Part shown: positions 8,770 through 18,278 of the stretch, in pieces
Position numbering within the stretch: the first letter of the stretch is position 1
How the letters are laid out: each line of letters starts with the position of its first letter
Source: a virus
Direction: 5' to 3' (one strand)
Virus record (IMG/VR): IMGVR_UViG_3300025840_000011
Length of the DNA stretch: 64,000 nucleotides
The notes under the pieces: model-generated
Seen by the model: only the letters and a program-made list of their open reading frames with translations
The model's database searches: none
Told to the model about the DNA's origin: nothing
Position numbers and translations under genes: made by a program

Positions 8770-9827
8770 TGAAGGTTGCCATCTTAAACGATACCCATGC
8801 GGGTATTCGTAACTCATCTGATATTTTTATGTCGTACCAAGAACGCTTCTACTCAGAAGTGTTCTTTCCATATCTGCTAGAAAATGACATCAAACAGATC
8901 CTACACCTTGGAGACTACTACGATAACCGTAAGACAGTCAACTTCAAGGCGTTGAACCATAACCGCAAAATCTTTCTAGAGAAATTGCGGGAGTATGGTA
9001 TCACTATGGATATCATTCCGGGCAACCATGACACCTACTACAAGAACACCAACGATCTGAATTCGTTGAAAGAGTTGTTGGGTCACTACATGAATGAAGT
9101 CAACGTTATCATGGAACCTACCGTGGTTAAATACGACACTTTAGATGTCGCATTAATCCCTTGGATTAACCCTGAGAATGAGGAAGCAACACTCAAGTTT
9201 CTTTCGAAGTGCAAGGCGCCTGTCGTAGGTGCACACCTAGAACTGGTCGGGTTCGATATGCAACGTGGTATGCCCTGTCACGATGGTATGTCACCTAAAC
9301 ACTTCGAGAACTTTGAGATGGTGTTGTCTGGTCACTTCCATGCAAAATCGTCACAGGGAAATGTTCACTATCTGGGTTCTCAGATGGAGTTCTTTTGGAA
9401 CGATTGCAATGACAAGAAGTACTTCCACATTCTTGATACTGAAACAAGAGAACTTACTCCGGTACACAATCCTATCACCATCTACGAGAAGGTGTATTAC
9501 GATGCCGACAAGATGCGTAAGTTCCAAGACCTACGATATCTTGATAATAAATTCGTTAAGTTGATCGTAGTGAAGAAGGGCGACACCTATGATTTCGAAC
9601 GGTTCGTAGACCGCATCCAGAATCAGAAGATACACGAACTCAAGATCGTTGAGGACTTCAAAGAGTTCATTGGTGAGAATGTGGGTGACCACAACATCAC
9701 TATTGACGATACCGAAACTTTGGTGTATAATTATATCGACAACGTGCAGACCGATCTGGACAAGTCGAGAATCAAAAGAGAGATATCTGTGTTGATGACA
9801 GAGGCACAATCAATGGAGGTAGTATAG
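8769..9827 (+). CDS. gp47: Recombination endonuclease subunit gp47 (Mre11/SbcD-like)
   Basis: DTH, LGDYYD, PGNHD, SGHFH metallophosphoesterase motifs. Confidence 0.95.
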   Translation: MKVAILNDTHAGIRNSSDIFMSYQERFYSEVFFPYLLENDIKQILHLGDYYDNRKTVNFKALNHNRKIFLEKLREYGITMDIIPGNHDTYYKNTNDLNSLKELLGHYMNEVNVIMEPTVVKYDTLDVALIPWINPENEEATLKFLSKCKAPVVGAHLELVGFDMQRGMPCHDGMSPKHFENFEMVLSGHFHAKSSQGNVHYLGSQMEFFWNDCNDKKYFHILDTETRELTPVHNPITIYEKVYYDADKMRKFQDLRYLDNKFVKLIVVKKGDTYDFERFVDRIQNQKIHELKIVEDFKEFIGENVGDHNITIDDTETLVYNYIDNVQTDLDKSRIKREISVLMTEAQSMEVV

Positions 9828-9976
9828 TGGGTAAGGGATCCAAACCAAGACCTATCAAAGATCGGAAACAGTTCAATGATAACTGGGACCGCATATTCAA
9901 AGGACAGACGCAACAACCCAAAGGCGTCGATCAAGAAAAACTCAAAGAACAGGCGCAAGATCCAAAAAACGGTTGA
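9827..9976 (+). CDS. Small hypothetical protein (49 aa, MGKGSKPRP...NWDRIF)
   Basis: GTG overlaps the gp47 stop, GGAGG upstream; fills the gp47-gp46 gap. Confidence 0.6.
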   Translation: MGKGSKPRPIKDRKQFNDNWDRIFKGQTQQPKGVDQEKLKEQAQDPKNG

Positions 9977-10001
9977 CAAGACCTGTTTGGGATAGTATAA
10001 T
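9973..10001 (+). promoter_or_regulatory. Consensus sigma70 promoter for gp46 (predicted leaderless)
   Basis: TTGACA-N17-TATAAT; ATG 7 nt downstream. Confidence 0.85.
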
Positions 10002-10007
10002 TGACCT

Positions 10008-11732
10008 ATGATTAAATTCGAAAAGATCCGGTGGAAAAATTTCCTTTCCACTGGGAATAACTTTACGGAAATAGATTTCCAATCTACCCCTACCACTCTA
10101 GTGGTGGGTCACAACGGCGCGGGTAAGTCAACACTACTCGACGCTCTCAGTTTTGGATTGTTCGGTAAACCACACCGTAAGATATCCAAGCCTCAACTTA
10201 TCAATTCCATCAACGGAAAGGGTACACTAGTTGAGGTCTTTTTCTCAGTCGGCTCTGTTAGGTATAAGGTACTCCGTGGTATCAAACCCAACAAGTTTGA
10301 GATATGGTGCAACGATAACATGTTGAACCAGAGTTCTCACGCCAAGGAATACCAACAGATCCTTGAGACGAATATCCTTAAACTGAACCACAAGTCGTTC
10401 CACCAGATCGTTGTACTGGGTTCGTCTTCGTTCGTACCGTTTATGCAACTTCCGGCAAACTCTCGTAGAGATGTAATCGAAGACCTACTTGACATCAACA
10501 TGTTCTCCAAGATGAACACAATTCTGAAAGAGAAGATGTCTATACTCAAGGAAAACATCCGTGAGAATGGACACGCCATTGAGGTGGTCAAGACTAAGAT
10601 CAACGCACAGAAGAAGTATCTGCGAGATTTGTCGGCGCTAAACACCGCACACCGTAAGGAGAAAGAAGAATCAATCTCAACCCTTCTTAAGGAGATTAGT
10701 GAACTCCAAGACTTTAACGATAAGAACATGCAAGATGCAATGGATCGTTCTATGTCAGTGGCTTCCAAATTGCAGAAGGTTCAGACATCACGTGAGAAGT
10801 TACTTGAGTATCAATCAACGTTCAAGTCTCAGATCAAGTCCGTAGTGAAGGAGGCGAAGTTCTTTGAAGACAACTCTGTCTGTCCTACGTGTGATCAAGA
10901 TATTGCGGATGATCTGCGTGAGACTAAAAAGAATGATGCGAACAAACGTGCAAAGGATCTCAGTGAGGCGATGGGTAAGTCTGACTCTCAGATGAAAGAG
11001 TTTGATGATCAACTCGTTGAACTGCAAAAGGAGTTGGAGTCTGCCCGTGTACTACAGAATGAGGTTAACAATAACAACCAGACCATCACCAGACTTAACC
11101 AACAGATAGAACGCATCCGTGCAGAGATCGATAACTTGGGAGATAACACTGGTGACCTCAAGGATGCAAACGATGAACTCCAAACTCTGAACAAGGACTT
11201 AGAGTCAAAACAAGATGAGAAGTATCGTATGCACGAGGACTACTCGTATCAACAGATCAACGCTGAACTTCTTAAGGATACGGGGATCAAAACCAAGATT
11301 ATCAAACAGTACCTTCCGGTCATTAACCAACTGACCAACCAGTACTTACAAATCTTAGACTTCTTTGTTCACTTCGATCTGGACGAGAGTTTCAACGAGA
11401 CTATCCGTTCGCGTTTTCGTGACAGTTTCTCTTATGACTCTTTCTCTGAGGGGGAGAAACAACGTATAGACTTGTCCCTACTATTTACGTGGAGACAAGT
11501 GGCGAAGATGAAAAACAGTGTTGCGACTAACCTACTCATCCTTGACGAGACTTTCGATTCTTCTTTGGACGATGATGGTGTAGACAACCTAATGAAGATC
11601 ATACACACTCTGGGTGAAGAGACCAACGTGTTTGTTATCTCACACAAGGCGGAACTGGAAGACGCTGCGTTTCAACGCAGGATTGAATTCGTCAAAGAGA
11701 AGAACTTCAGTAAGATGAAAGAAGCCGCATGA
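10008..11732 (+). CDS. gp46: Recombination ATPase gp46 (Rad50/SbcC-like)
   Basis: KNFLSTG, GHNGAGKST, CPTC zinc hook, FSEGEKQR, LLILDE, ISH. Confidence 0.95.
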   Translation: MIKFEKIRWKNFLSTGNNFTEIDFQSTPTTLVVGHNGAGKSTLLDALSFGLFGKPHRKISKPQLINSINGKGTLVEVFFSVGSVRYKVLRGIKPNKFEIWCNDNMLNQSSHAKEYQQILETNILKLNHKSFHQIVVLGSSSFVPFMQLPANSRRDVIEDLLDINMFSKMNTILKEKMSILKENIRENGHAIEVVKTKINAQKKYLRDLSALNTAHRKEKEESISTLLKEISELQDFNDKNMQDAMDRSMSVASKLQKVQTSREKLLEYQSTFKSQIKSVVKEAKFFEDNSVCPTCDQDIADDLRETKKNDANKRAKDLSEAMGKSDSQMKEFDDQLVELQKELESARVLQNEVNNNNQTITRLNQQIERIRAEIDNLGDNTGDLKDANDELQTLNKDLESKQDEKYRMHEDYSYQQINAELLKDTGIKTKIIKQYLPVINQLTNQYLQILDFFVHFDLDESFNETIRSRFRDSFSYDSFSEGEKQRIDLSLLFTWRQVAKMKNSVATNLLILDETFDSSLDDDGVDNLMKIIHTLGEETNVFVISHKAELEDAAFQRRIEFVKEKNFSKMKEAA

Positions 11733-12331
11733 GTGTTAACATAATCGATGACTTCTATGATCCGGAAACTCTGAACGAGATTTCCAGTTACCTCAATGGG
11801 ATCCTGTATTCAAAACAGGATGAAGTCCATCTGTTCTCGTGTAACATGGTTTTATGGGATGATGGACTATACAGACACCAGAACGGTAGTGATCTTGAAG
11901 CGCCTCCTTTAGTACTCATTCACTACCCCCAAGCACATGGTGAAAGAGGTAAAATAATCCATGACCTCATAAAAGAAAAGACTAATGAAAGGGTCAAAGA
12001 GTTTGGGTTGAGGTGTCAAGACGTAACAGGTCCAATGTTTCATATCTGGACCCCACAGTCTTACATCAACTGGCATAACGACTTTAGGCCTGGGGTTGAA
12101 TCAGAACAGAGACATGGGGCGGCAACAATTTATTTAAATCGTGAATGGGCCCTTGACAAAGGGGGTGAGTTTTTGTATAATGATGATGCAGCTGACTTGA
12201 ATAACGTTAAACGTGTCACGCCCGCAGAAAATCGTGCAGTTGTATTGGACGGTTGGGCGAGACACAAAACAACTCCGGTTGCACCGGAAAACATTAGGAA
12301 GTCATTACAAATTTGGTTAACCAAAATCTAA
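11729..12331 (+). CDS. 2OG-Fe(II) oxygenase (prolyl-hydroxylase-like)
   Basis: INWHND, ATIYLN..W...GGEF, HKTTPV, RKSLQIW. Confidence 0.85.
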   Translation: MSVNIIDDFYDPETLNEISSYLNGILYSKQDEVHLFSCNMVLWDDGLYRHQNGSDLEAPPLVLIHYPQAHGERGKIIHDLIKEKTNERVKEFGLRCQDVTGPMFHIWTPQSYINWHNDFRPGVESEQRHGAATIYLNREWALDKGGEFLYNDDAADLNNVKRVTPAENRAVVLDGWARHKTTPVAPENIRKSLQIWLTKI

Positions 12332-12343
12332 GCGGAGTATATA

Positions 12344-13021
12344 ATGGAACTAACTGATCGTACTATGCAAGTACTTAAAAATTATGCAAACATCAACCCG
12401 AACATTGTGATCAGTGCGGGTAAACAATTGAAGACTGTTTCTATTGCAAGGAACGTCTTCTCTAAGACTACCCTTGAGGAAGAGTTTCCCCAAGAGTTTG
12501 GTATCTACGATTTGAATGAGTTTCTTGGTGTTCTCTCTCTGGTAGAGAAACCCAACATCAAGTTCGAGAAGGATTACCTTGTCGTGGGCGATCACACTGG
12601 TCGTTCTCGTATCAAGTATTTTCTTTCCGATCCGGATCTATTGACTACTCCTTCCAAGGACATCATTATGCCCGAAGCGGAAGTTAAGTTTTCACTAGAT
12701 AATGACACGTTGAATCGAATCAAACGTGCTGCTGCGACATTGGGTCACAATGAGATTTCTATCACACCACAGAGTGGTTCAGTACAAATCTCTGTTGTTG
12801 ATTCTAAGGACGCAACCTCGAATGCGTTTTCGATTGACGTGGAAGGTTCGTATCAAGAAGGAGTTGATTTCAACTTTATTCTGAATGTGAACAACCTCAA
12901 GATTGTTAGTGAGGACTATGATGTCAGTATCTCTTCGAAACTGATCTCACGGTTCGCATCAAAACAGTCAGAGATTGAGTACTATATTGCACTTGAAAAA
13001 TCATCTAACTACGGAGCTTAA
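12344..13021 (+). CDS. gp45: Sliding clamp gp45
   Basis: LKNYANINPNI...FGIYDLNEFL...YYIALEK; synteny. Confidence 0.95.
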   Translation: MELTDRTMQVLKNYANINPNIVISAGKQLKTVSIARNVFSKTTLEEEFPQEFGIYDLNEFLGVLSLVEKPNIKFEKDYLVVGDHTGRSRIKYFLSDPDLLTTPSKDIIMPEAEVKFSLDNDTLNRIKRAAATLGHNEISITPQSGSVQISVVDSKDATSNAFSIDVEGSYQEGVDFNFILNVNNLKIVSEDYDVSISSKLISRFASKQSEIEYYIALEKSSNYGA

Positions 13022-13024
13022 AAG

Positions 13025-13249
13025 ATGGCAAAGACAGAGACCGCCGCACCGGCACAAGACCACTCTCAGGTCTATGAATTGAGTAATCGGGTCGCACGAT
13101 CCACTATCGCAGTGATTGATACTGTGGTTCAACGTGGGGGTTTTAAGGGTGAAGAACTCTCAACCATTGGTCAGTTGCGTGACCAAGCGGTTCAGGTTAT
13201 TCAACTTGCAGAGGCGTTTCAGTCAGAAGAGACTGGTGAAACGAAGTAA
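13025..13249 (+). CDS. Hypothetical protein
   Basis: 74-aa ORF with SD; VIDTVVQRGGFKGEELSTIGQLRD. Confidence 0.75.
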   Translation: MAKTETAAPAQDHSQVYELSNRVARSTIAVIDTVVQRGGFKGEELSTIGQLRDQAVQVIQLAEAFQSEETGETK

Positions 13250-13255
13250 CCCTCT

Positions 13256-13332
13256 GGGATCGTAGCTCAACTGGATAGAGCGACGGCCTTCTAAGCCGTA
13301 GGTTAAAGGTTCGAGTCCTTTCGGTCCCGCCA
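13256..13332 (+). tRNA. tRNA-Arg (anticodon TCT)
   Basis: GGGATCG/CGGTCCC acceptor stem, ACGGC-CTTCTAA-GCCGT anticodon arm, GGTTCGAGTCC, encoded CCA. Confidence 0.95.
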
Positions 13333-13345
13333 ATTTGAAAGGAAG

Positions 13346-14035
13346 ATGATGGACACGGTGATCTTTATTCCTGCAAGGCTGGGGAGTAAAAGACTCATCC
13401 ATAAACCACTTACCAAATTGGGGGGTGTACCTCTGGTAAGACGTGTTGCGGAGGCTTGCGAAAAGTCTGGATATCCGGTTGTGGTATTGACAGACAGTAA
13501 AAGAGTCGCGGATTGTGTAAAGGGTTTTGAGGTTGTAATTGATAGTCAACACTATCATAACGGTACGGAAAGATGTGCCTCCGCTTCATACTTTCCTATG
13601 TTGGAACCCTACAAGTACATCATCAATGTCCAAGGAGACATGCCTGATGTTACCACTAACATGATTGAGACTCTGGCGCATGGTCTTCGTAACGATGAGT
13701 GGGATGTCTGTACTCTTTACACCAAGATGACAGAAGAGGAACAGTCGAACCGTAACAATGTGAAGATGGTACATAACCAAGAACTCGCACACTGGTTCGC
13801 TCGTGACATAACTTACGGTGTACGTCACCTTGGTGTATATGGATACTCTCAACCAACCTTAAGAGAGTATGGAAACTGGGATGTTAGTCTGTATGAAGAA
13901 ATTGAGAGTTTGGAACAACTTCGATGGATTGAAAATGAAGTTGAGATTGGTGTATACGAAACTCAGTTTGATGGTATGGAGATTAACACAGTGGGTGACG
14001 TACATTCTTGGCATATGAGGAATAAGTTGGTATGA
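13346..14035 (+). CDS. kdsB: CMP-Kdo synthetase (3-deoxy-manno-octulosonate cytidylyltransferase)
   Basis: IPARLGSKRL..KPL, NGTERC, INVQGDMP, HLGVYGY, ESLEQLRW. Confidence 0.9.
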   Translation: MMDTVIFIPARLGSKRLIHKPLTKLGGVPLVRRVAEACEKSGYPVVVLTDSKRVADCVKGFEVVIDSQHYHNGTERCASASYFPMLEPYKYIINVQGDMPDVTTNMIETLAHGLRNDEWDVCTLYTKMTEEEQSNRNNVKMVHNQELAHWFARDITYGVRHLGVYGYSQPTLREYGNWDVSLYEEIESLEQLRWIENEVEIGVYETQFDGMEINTVGDVHSWHMRNKLV

Positions 14036-14814
14036 GAATTATTGCAGGCCCATGCCAGTTCGAGTCGTTCGATATGGCACGTGAAGTTGCAGAACACTGC
14101 AAAGGTATCTGTGACGAATATGGTATTGAGTACTACTTCAAGGCGTCCTTTGACAAAGCGAACCGTAGTAAAGGGACGAGTGCAAGGGGTGTAGGACTGA
14201 AACAATGTATGGATCATTTCTGGAGATTGAAGGCAGAAATTCCTGAGTTGAAGACACTAACCGATGTACATGAGACTCATCAAGTCTATAACATCGCGTC
14301 AGAACATGATGAATGTGTGGATGTCCTACAGATCCCTGCCCTCTTATCAAGACAGACGGATTTGATCAAAGCCGCATCTCTCAGTGGTAAGATCGTTAAT
14401 ATCAAGAAGGGTCAGTTCATGTCTCCCTATGATTGTCAAGATGTCTTGGACAAGGCGTCCGGTGCAAGGGAAGTTTGGTTGACAGAACGGGGAACTTCTT
14501 TTGGTTACAACAGATTGGTGGTGGACTTCGTGGGTCTCAACTACATGATCAATAACTACCCCGATGTGGTGTTTGACGTGACTCACTCTATCCAAAACCC
14601 CGCAAAGGTGGAGACTTCGGATAGGTCCGCCATCACCCCTCTCGCCTGCGCGGCCGCCGCAATGGGGGTCCAGAACTTCTTTTTTGAGGTACATCCGGAC
14701 CCCGATAACGCAAAATCTGATGGACCCAACTCTCTCCATCTATCTGATTTTAAACAACTTGTCTGTTCTCTTGAAAAAATTTCAAAAAAACGCTTGACTT
14801 TTCTTGCGGAGTAG
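14032..14814 (+). CDS. kdsA: Kdo-8-phosphate synthase
   Basis: IAGPC, KASFDKANRS, TDVHE, LQIPA, NIKKGQF, ERGTSFGY, FDVTHS, EVHPDP..AKSDGPN. Confidence 0.95.
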   Translation: MRIIAGPCQFESFDMAREVAEHCKGICDEYGIEYYFKASFDKANRSKGTSARGVGLKQCMDHFWRLKAEIPELKTLTDVHETHQVYNIASEHDECVDVLQIPALLSRQTDLIKAASLSGKIVNIKKGQFMSPYDCQDVLDKASGAREVWLTERGTSFGYNRLVVDFVGLNYMINNYPDVVFDVTHSIQNPAKVETSDRSAITPLACAAAAMGVQNFFFEVHPDPDNAKSDGPNSLHLSDFKQLVCSLEKISKKRLTFLAE

Positions 14815-14822
14815 GTTATAGT
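14772..14822 (+). promoter_or_regulatory. Early-type sigma70 promoter with A-tract UP element
   Basis: A-tracts, then TTGACT-N17-TATAGT; spacer TTTCTTGCGGAG is shared with the 43845 promoter. Confidence 0.75.
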
Positions 14823-14853
14823 GTATATGTAATTTGGTGAGAGAGGACTGGTT

Positions 14854-15021
14854 ATGAAACCGATGCACATGGTGAAGTCAATATCTGAGAAGGAGCTCGC
14901 GATGCTCCAACGGATCTGGACTCAGAATGAGAAGAAGATCAACGAACTTCTTAATCATCAACAAGAGATCGATAAGTTGTTTGACAAGATCGATCAAGGT
15001 AAAGTGTTAATCGGAGGCTAA
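14854..15021 (+). CDS. Small hypothetical coiled-coil protein (55 aa)
   Basis: GAGAGGA SD; MKPMHMVKSISEKEL...KVLIGG. Confidence 0.65.
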   Translation: MKPMHMVKSISEKELAMLQRIWTQNEKKINELLNHQQEIDKLFDKIDQGKVLIGG

Positions 15022-15023
15022 TT

Positions 15024-15515
15024 ATGAAACTTGTAATCTTCACCCAAATCAAAGAGAACTACGGCGCCCATGCATGGGACGGTAAGGGCGAATGCCCGCA
15101 GCGCTGGAAGTTCAAGGGTGGTAACACCATTATAGTCCGTGATATCACTGTAGATCAGGCGATGAAATTGAGAACGGGTATCCCTACTCTGACGGCTCTC
15201 ATCGAAGAGAACAATGAGTACTTCGAAGAGTACATCTTGGACTGGGATATCATGGACGATTGCGTGGGAGATCCAATCGAAGATTGGGATTCACCCATCG
15301 AATACTCGTGGGGTGGTGACCGTTGGTTGGCCCAGCGGGTAGTTGATAACACCAAAGACGGTGGTTACTATCGTTATGAGATTGCGTCCGCAAAAGAGAC
15401 GTGGATCCCAATGGAAGGTGGCGAAAAGTCCGACTTCAAGGTCGAGTACACCATGCGTAATGGTGATGTTCTAAACTACGAGGAGTTGCAACAGTTTTTT
15501 AGTGAGGCATCGTGA
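15024..15515 (+). CDS. Hypothetical early protein
   Basis: TQIKENYGAHAWDGKGECPQRWKFKGG; GGAGG SD. Confidence 0.8.
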   Translation: MKLVIFTQIKENYGAHAWDGKGECPQRWKFKGGNTIIVRDITVDQAMKLRTGIPTLTALIEENNEYFEEYILDWDIMDDCVGDPIEDWDSPIEYSWGGDRWLAQRVVDNTKDGGYYRYEIASAKETWIPMEGGEKSDFKVEYTMRNGDVLNYEELQQFFSEAS

Positions 15516-15526
15516 AGGTTTGAAGT

Positions 15527-16150
15527 ATGCGAACTGGTTATCAAGTAGCTACCGTGGGTGCACTATTTGCATCTATACTGAGTTTTGAATATTATTTAAT
15601 AGATTCGGTTTCGACTAGACTGGATAGTCTGGAAGAAGTCATCTCCACTAATGCGGCTTCCGCATCCTCACTCTCTCTCGAAACGGAGGCGATTGGTGGA
15701 GATGACATTTATTCTGAACGAGACCTTGAGTGTCTCGCACTCAACGCTTACTTTGAGTCGTTGAATGAACCCACCGCTGGTAAGATTGGAGTGACACACG
15801 TTGTCTTAAATCGTGTAGAGAGTGCACGGTTCCCCAACACAGTTTGTGGTGTGATCTATCAAGGTCAGACATATACGACACCGGACGGGAGACGTATGCC
15901 TCTCCGCAACAGGTGTCAATTCAGTTGGTATTGTGACGGTAGATCCGACATACCAAGGGCATGGAAAAGGTACACTGAAATATACCAACTTGTCGCAAAG
16001 GTCGCAACAGATCGTGCACAAGGTGTTGGTAACGACATCACGAAGGGTAGTTTATTCTACCATGCTGATTACGTTGATCCCCACTGGAACAGACGTATGA
16101 ACCGTGAGGTCCAATTGGGTAGACATATATTCTACACAATGGACAGTTAA
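15527..16150 (+). CDS. Cell wall hydrolase, SleB/Hydrolase_2 family, N-terminal membrane anchor
   Basis: CLALNAYFES, VVLNRV...FPNTVCGVIYQ, CQFSWYCDG, FYHADYV.P.W, GRHIFY. Confidence 0.9.
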   Translation: MRTGYQVATVGALFASILSFEYYLIDSVSTRLDSLEEVISTNAASASSLSLETEAIGGDDIYSERDLECLALNAYFESLNEPTAGKIGVTHVVLNRVESARFPNTVCGVIYQGQTYTTPDGRRMPLRNRCQFSWYCDGRSDIPRAWKRYTEIYQLVAKVATDRAQGVGNDITKGSLFYHADYVDPHWNRRMNREVQLGRHIFYTMDS

Positions 16151-16189
16151 CCCAAGACTATATACACACACAAACTAAGGAGGTTTGAT

Positions 16190-16453
16190 ATGGAACTAAA
16201 TGCTCTCGGCATTATCGCAATCGTGTTTGTTGCAGTCGTATTTGTCCTTGTTACGAAAGCCGCAAATAATGCGGAAGATCGACTTGAAGAGGTAGATGGT
16301 GAACCAGCTTTTGATTTACCACCTAAACCCTTAGAAGATATGACGAAGGCCGAACTTCTGGAGGTTGCAGATGAATGCAACATCGCAGGAGTCAGATCCC
16401 GAATGCGAAAAGCAGAAGTATTCGAACTCGTTCGCAAAAATTTTGGTGTTTAA
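16190..16453 (+). CDS. Membrane-anchored protein with Rho-N/HeH-like C-terminal domain
   Basis: N-terminal TM; LEDMTKAELLEVA...GVRSRMRKAEV. Confidence 0.7.
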   Translation: MELNALGIIAIVFVAVVFVLVTKAANNAEDRLEEVDGEPAFDLPPKPLEDMTKAELLEVADECNIAGVRSRMRKAEVFELVRKNFGV

Positions 16454-16481
16454 GAAAGGGGGCGAATGCCCCCTTCTTTTT
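16453..16481 (+). terminator. Intrinsic terminator
   Basis: AAGGGGGC-gaat-GCCCCCTT-CTTTTT. Confidence 0.85.
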
Positions 16482-16482
16482 C

Positions 16483-16511
16483 TTGACAGATTGTACCGTA
16501 TGGTGTACAAT
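16483..16511 (+). promoter_or_regulatory. Sigma70 promoter for gp44
   Basis: TTGACA-N17-TACAAT. Confidence 0.8.
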
Positions 16512-16537
16512 GTGATTTTTATTATGGAGAAACCTAT

Positions 16538-17476
16538 ATGCGTGATGAATTCCTCTGGGTTGAGAAGTATCGTCCTCGAACTGTCTCTGACACGATCCTT
16601 CCGTCTGAACTCAAACAAGTATTTACCAAGGTAGTTGCGGGCGGTGAAATTCCTAACATGTTGTTCTCTGGCACTGCTGGTACTGGTAAGACCACTGTCG
16701 CACGTGCAATATGTGATGAACTTGGACTCGATTACATCGTCATCAATGGTAGCGAGGAGGGGAACATCGATACCCTTCGTGGGAAGATTAAACAGTTTGC
16801 ATCTTCCATATCTCTGAGTGGTGGGTACAAGGTTGTCATTCTAGACGAGGCAGATTACCTCAATCCTCAATCAACACAACCCGCACTCCGTGGGTTCATC
16901 GAAGAGTTCTCTTCTAACTGTCGGTTCATCCTGACCTGTAACTTCAAGAACCGTGTCATCGAACCCCTACACTCTCGTTGTTCTAATTACGAGTTTAACT
17001 TCAACAAGAAGGTTCAGGCGCAACTCTGTTCGGAGTTCATGAGACGTGCGGATGATATCCTCAAGACTGAGGGTGTCGCCTATAACAAGGATACTCTCGC
17101 ACAAGTTATCATGCGTCACTCTCCAGACTGGAGACGTGTACTCAATGAGTTGCAACGTCACTCTATCTCTGGTCAACTGGAAACTACAGTTATCATTAAT
17201 GACGCAAATGAGAACTACAGTCTCTTGTTCCGTTCCCTCAAAGAGAAGAACTTCAAGACCATGCGGTCATGGGTGGTCAACAACATGGACGTAGAACCCG
17301 CCGCAGTGTTTCGTGGGATCTATGACTTGATGAACGAATATGTTGCACCACAGTCTATTCCACAACTCGTATTGATCCTCGCTGATTATCAATACAAGAA
17401 TGCGTTCGTGGCAGATCATGAACTTAACCTAGTCGCCTGTATGACTGAGATCATGGCAAACGTGGAGATTAAATGA
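16538..17476 (+). CDS. gp44: Clamp loader large subunit gp44
   Basis: LWVEKYRP, GTAGTGKTT, ILDEAD, PLHSRC. Confidence 0.95.
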   Translation: MRDEFLWVEKYRPRTVSDTILPSELKQVFTKVVAGGEIPNMLFSGTAGTGKTTVARAICDELGLDYIVINGSEEGNIDTLRGKIKQFASSISLSGGYKVVILDEADYLNPQSTQPALRGFIEEFSSNCRFILTCNFKNRVIEPLHSRCSNYEFNFNKKVQAQLCSEFMRRADDILKTEGVAYNKDTLAQVIMRHSPDWRRVLNELQRHSISGQLETTVIINDANENYSLLFRSLKEKNFKTMRSWVVNNMDVEPAAVFRGIYDLMNEYVAPQSIPQLVLILADYQYKNAFVADHELNLVACMTEIMANVEIK

Positions 17477-17733
17477 TGAGTAAAGATCGATTTGATTTAG
17501 AACAATCTATCATGGAATGTTGGAATGTCACCGAAGATATTAATATGGTGACCGAACATTTTATGGACAGTCCTAAGTGGGAACATATACCACCTGATGT
17601 TGCGGATGCTATGTGTAACAAGTATCTTGGTATCAAGGAACTTTATGAGATTCGTTTTCAAAGGTTGTGGGATACCTTTACAGAATGTTTCGATCTAGAT
17701 AGGAATTCTAGAGGAGAGAATCTACGTGAGTAA
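17473..17733 (+). CDS. Hypothetical protein
   Basis: DRFDLEQSIMECW; coupled to gp44. Confidence 0.7.
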   Translation: MMSKDRFDLEQSIMECWNVTEDINMVTEHFMDSPKWEHIPPDVADAMCNKYLGIKELYEIRFQRLWDTFTECFDLDRNSRGENLRE

Positions 17734-18148
17734 GTTTGATAGAAATTTGCACTGGACAACGGAGTGGAGTGAGAAAGTCTTATTGGGTATTATAGGTACA
17801 CTCACCTTTGGCGCTGCAATACAATACCTGTATGGTATGTACATGAACCTGTCAATTGAACTGTCAGATCTGTTCATGTTGTTTATCTACGCAGAGGTTC
17901 TAGGTATGGTTGGTGCGTTCTATAGTACTACACGTATTCCCGTAACCCTACCTATCATTATTGCGATTACCGCACTGTGTCGATTAATCATCCTACATAG
18001 TAAGGAGATGCAGGAGATGCAACTACTCGCTGAGGGTGGGGCGATTCTAATTCTATCTGCTGCGGCATACTTGATGTCACTAAAGGACAAACTCAGTTTA
18101 GAAAAGATGAGGATTCGTGATGGACAAGATGAAGAGAATTTGGTTTAA
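17726..18148 (+). CDS. psiE: Phosphate-starvation-inducible PsiE family membrane protein
   Basis: Four TM segments; DLFMLFIYAEVLGMV...RIPVTLPIIIAITALCRLIIL. Confidence 0.8.
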   Translation: MSKFDRNLHWTTEWSEKVLLGIIGTLTFGAAIQYLYGMYMNLSIELSDLFMLFIYAEVLGMVGAFYSTTRIPVTLPIIIAITALCRLIILHSKEMQEMQLLAEGGAILILSAAAYLMSLKDKLSLEKMRIRDGQDEENLV

Positions 18149-18278
18149 GGCTCTTGGAGAAAAGTCTGGGAGTACAGACGAAGAATCGGATGCAGTCGCT
18201 TGGGTGAGAACCATCCTAATACTGCAAGCCGTTGCGACTAACTGTTTCATTATAAGTGGAGTGTTAAGACATTGGTAG
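18129..18278 (+). CDS. Small membrane protein (49 aa), not in the ORF track
   Basis: MKRIWFKALGEKSGSTDEESDAVAWVRTILILQAVATNCFIISGVLRHW. Confidence 0.6.
   Translation: MKRIWFKALGEKSGSTDEESDAVAWVRTILILQAVATNCFIISGVLRHW

Noticed and set aside
13256-13332. tRNA as a prophage attachment site
   Set aside because: No integrase and no duplicated tRNA 3' end were seen; the flanks are phage core genes
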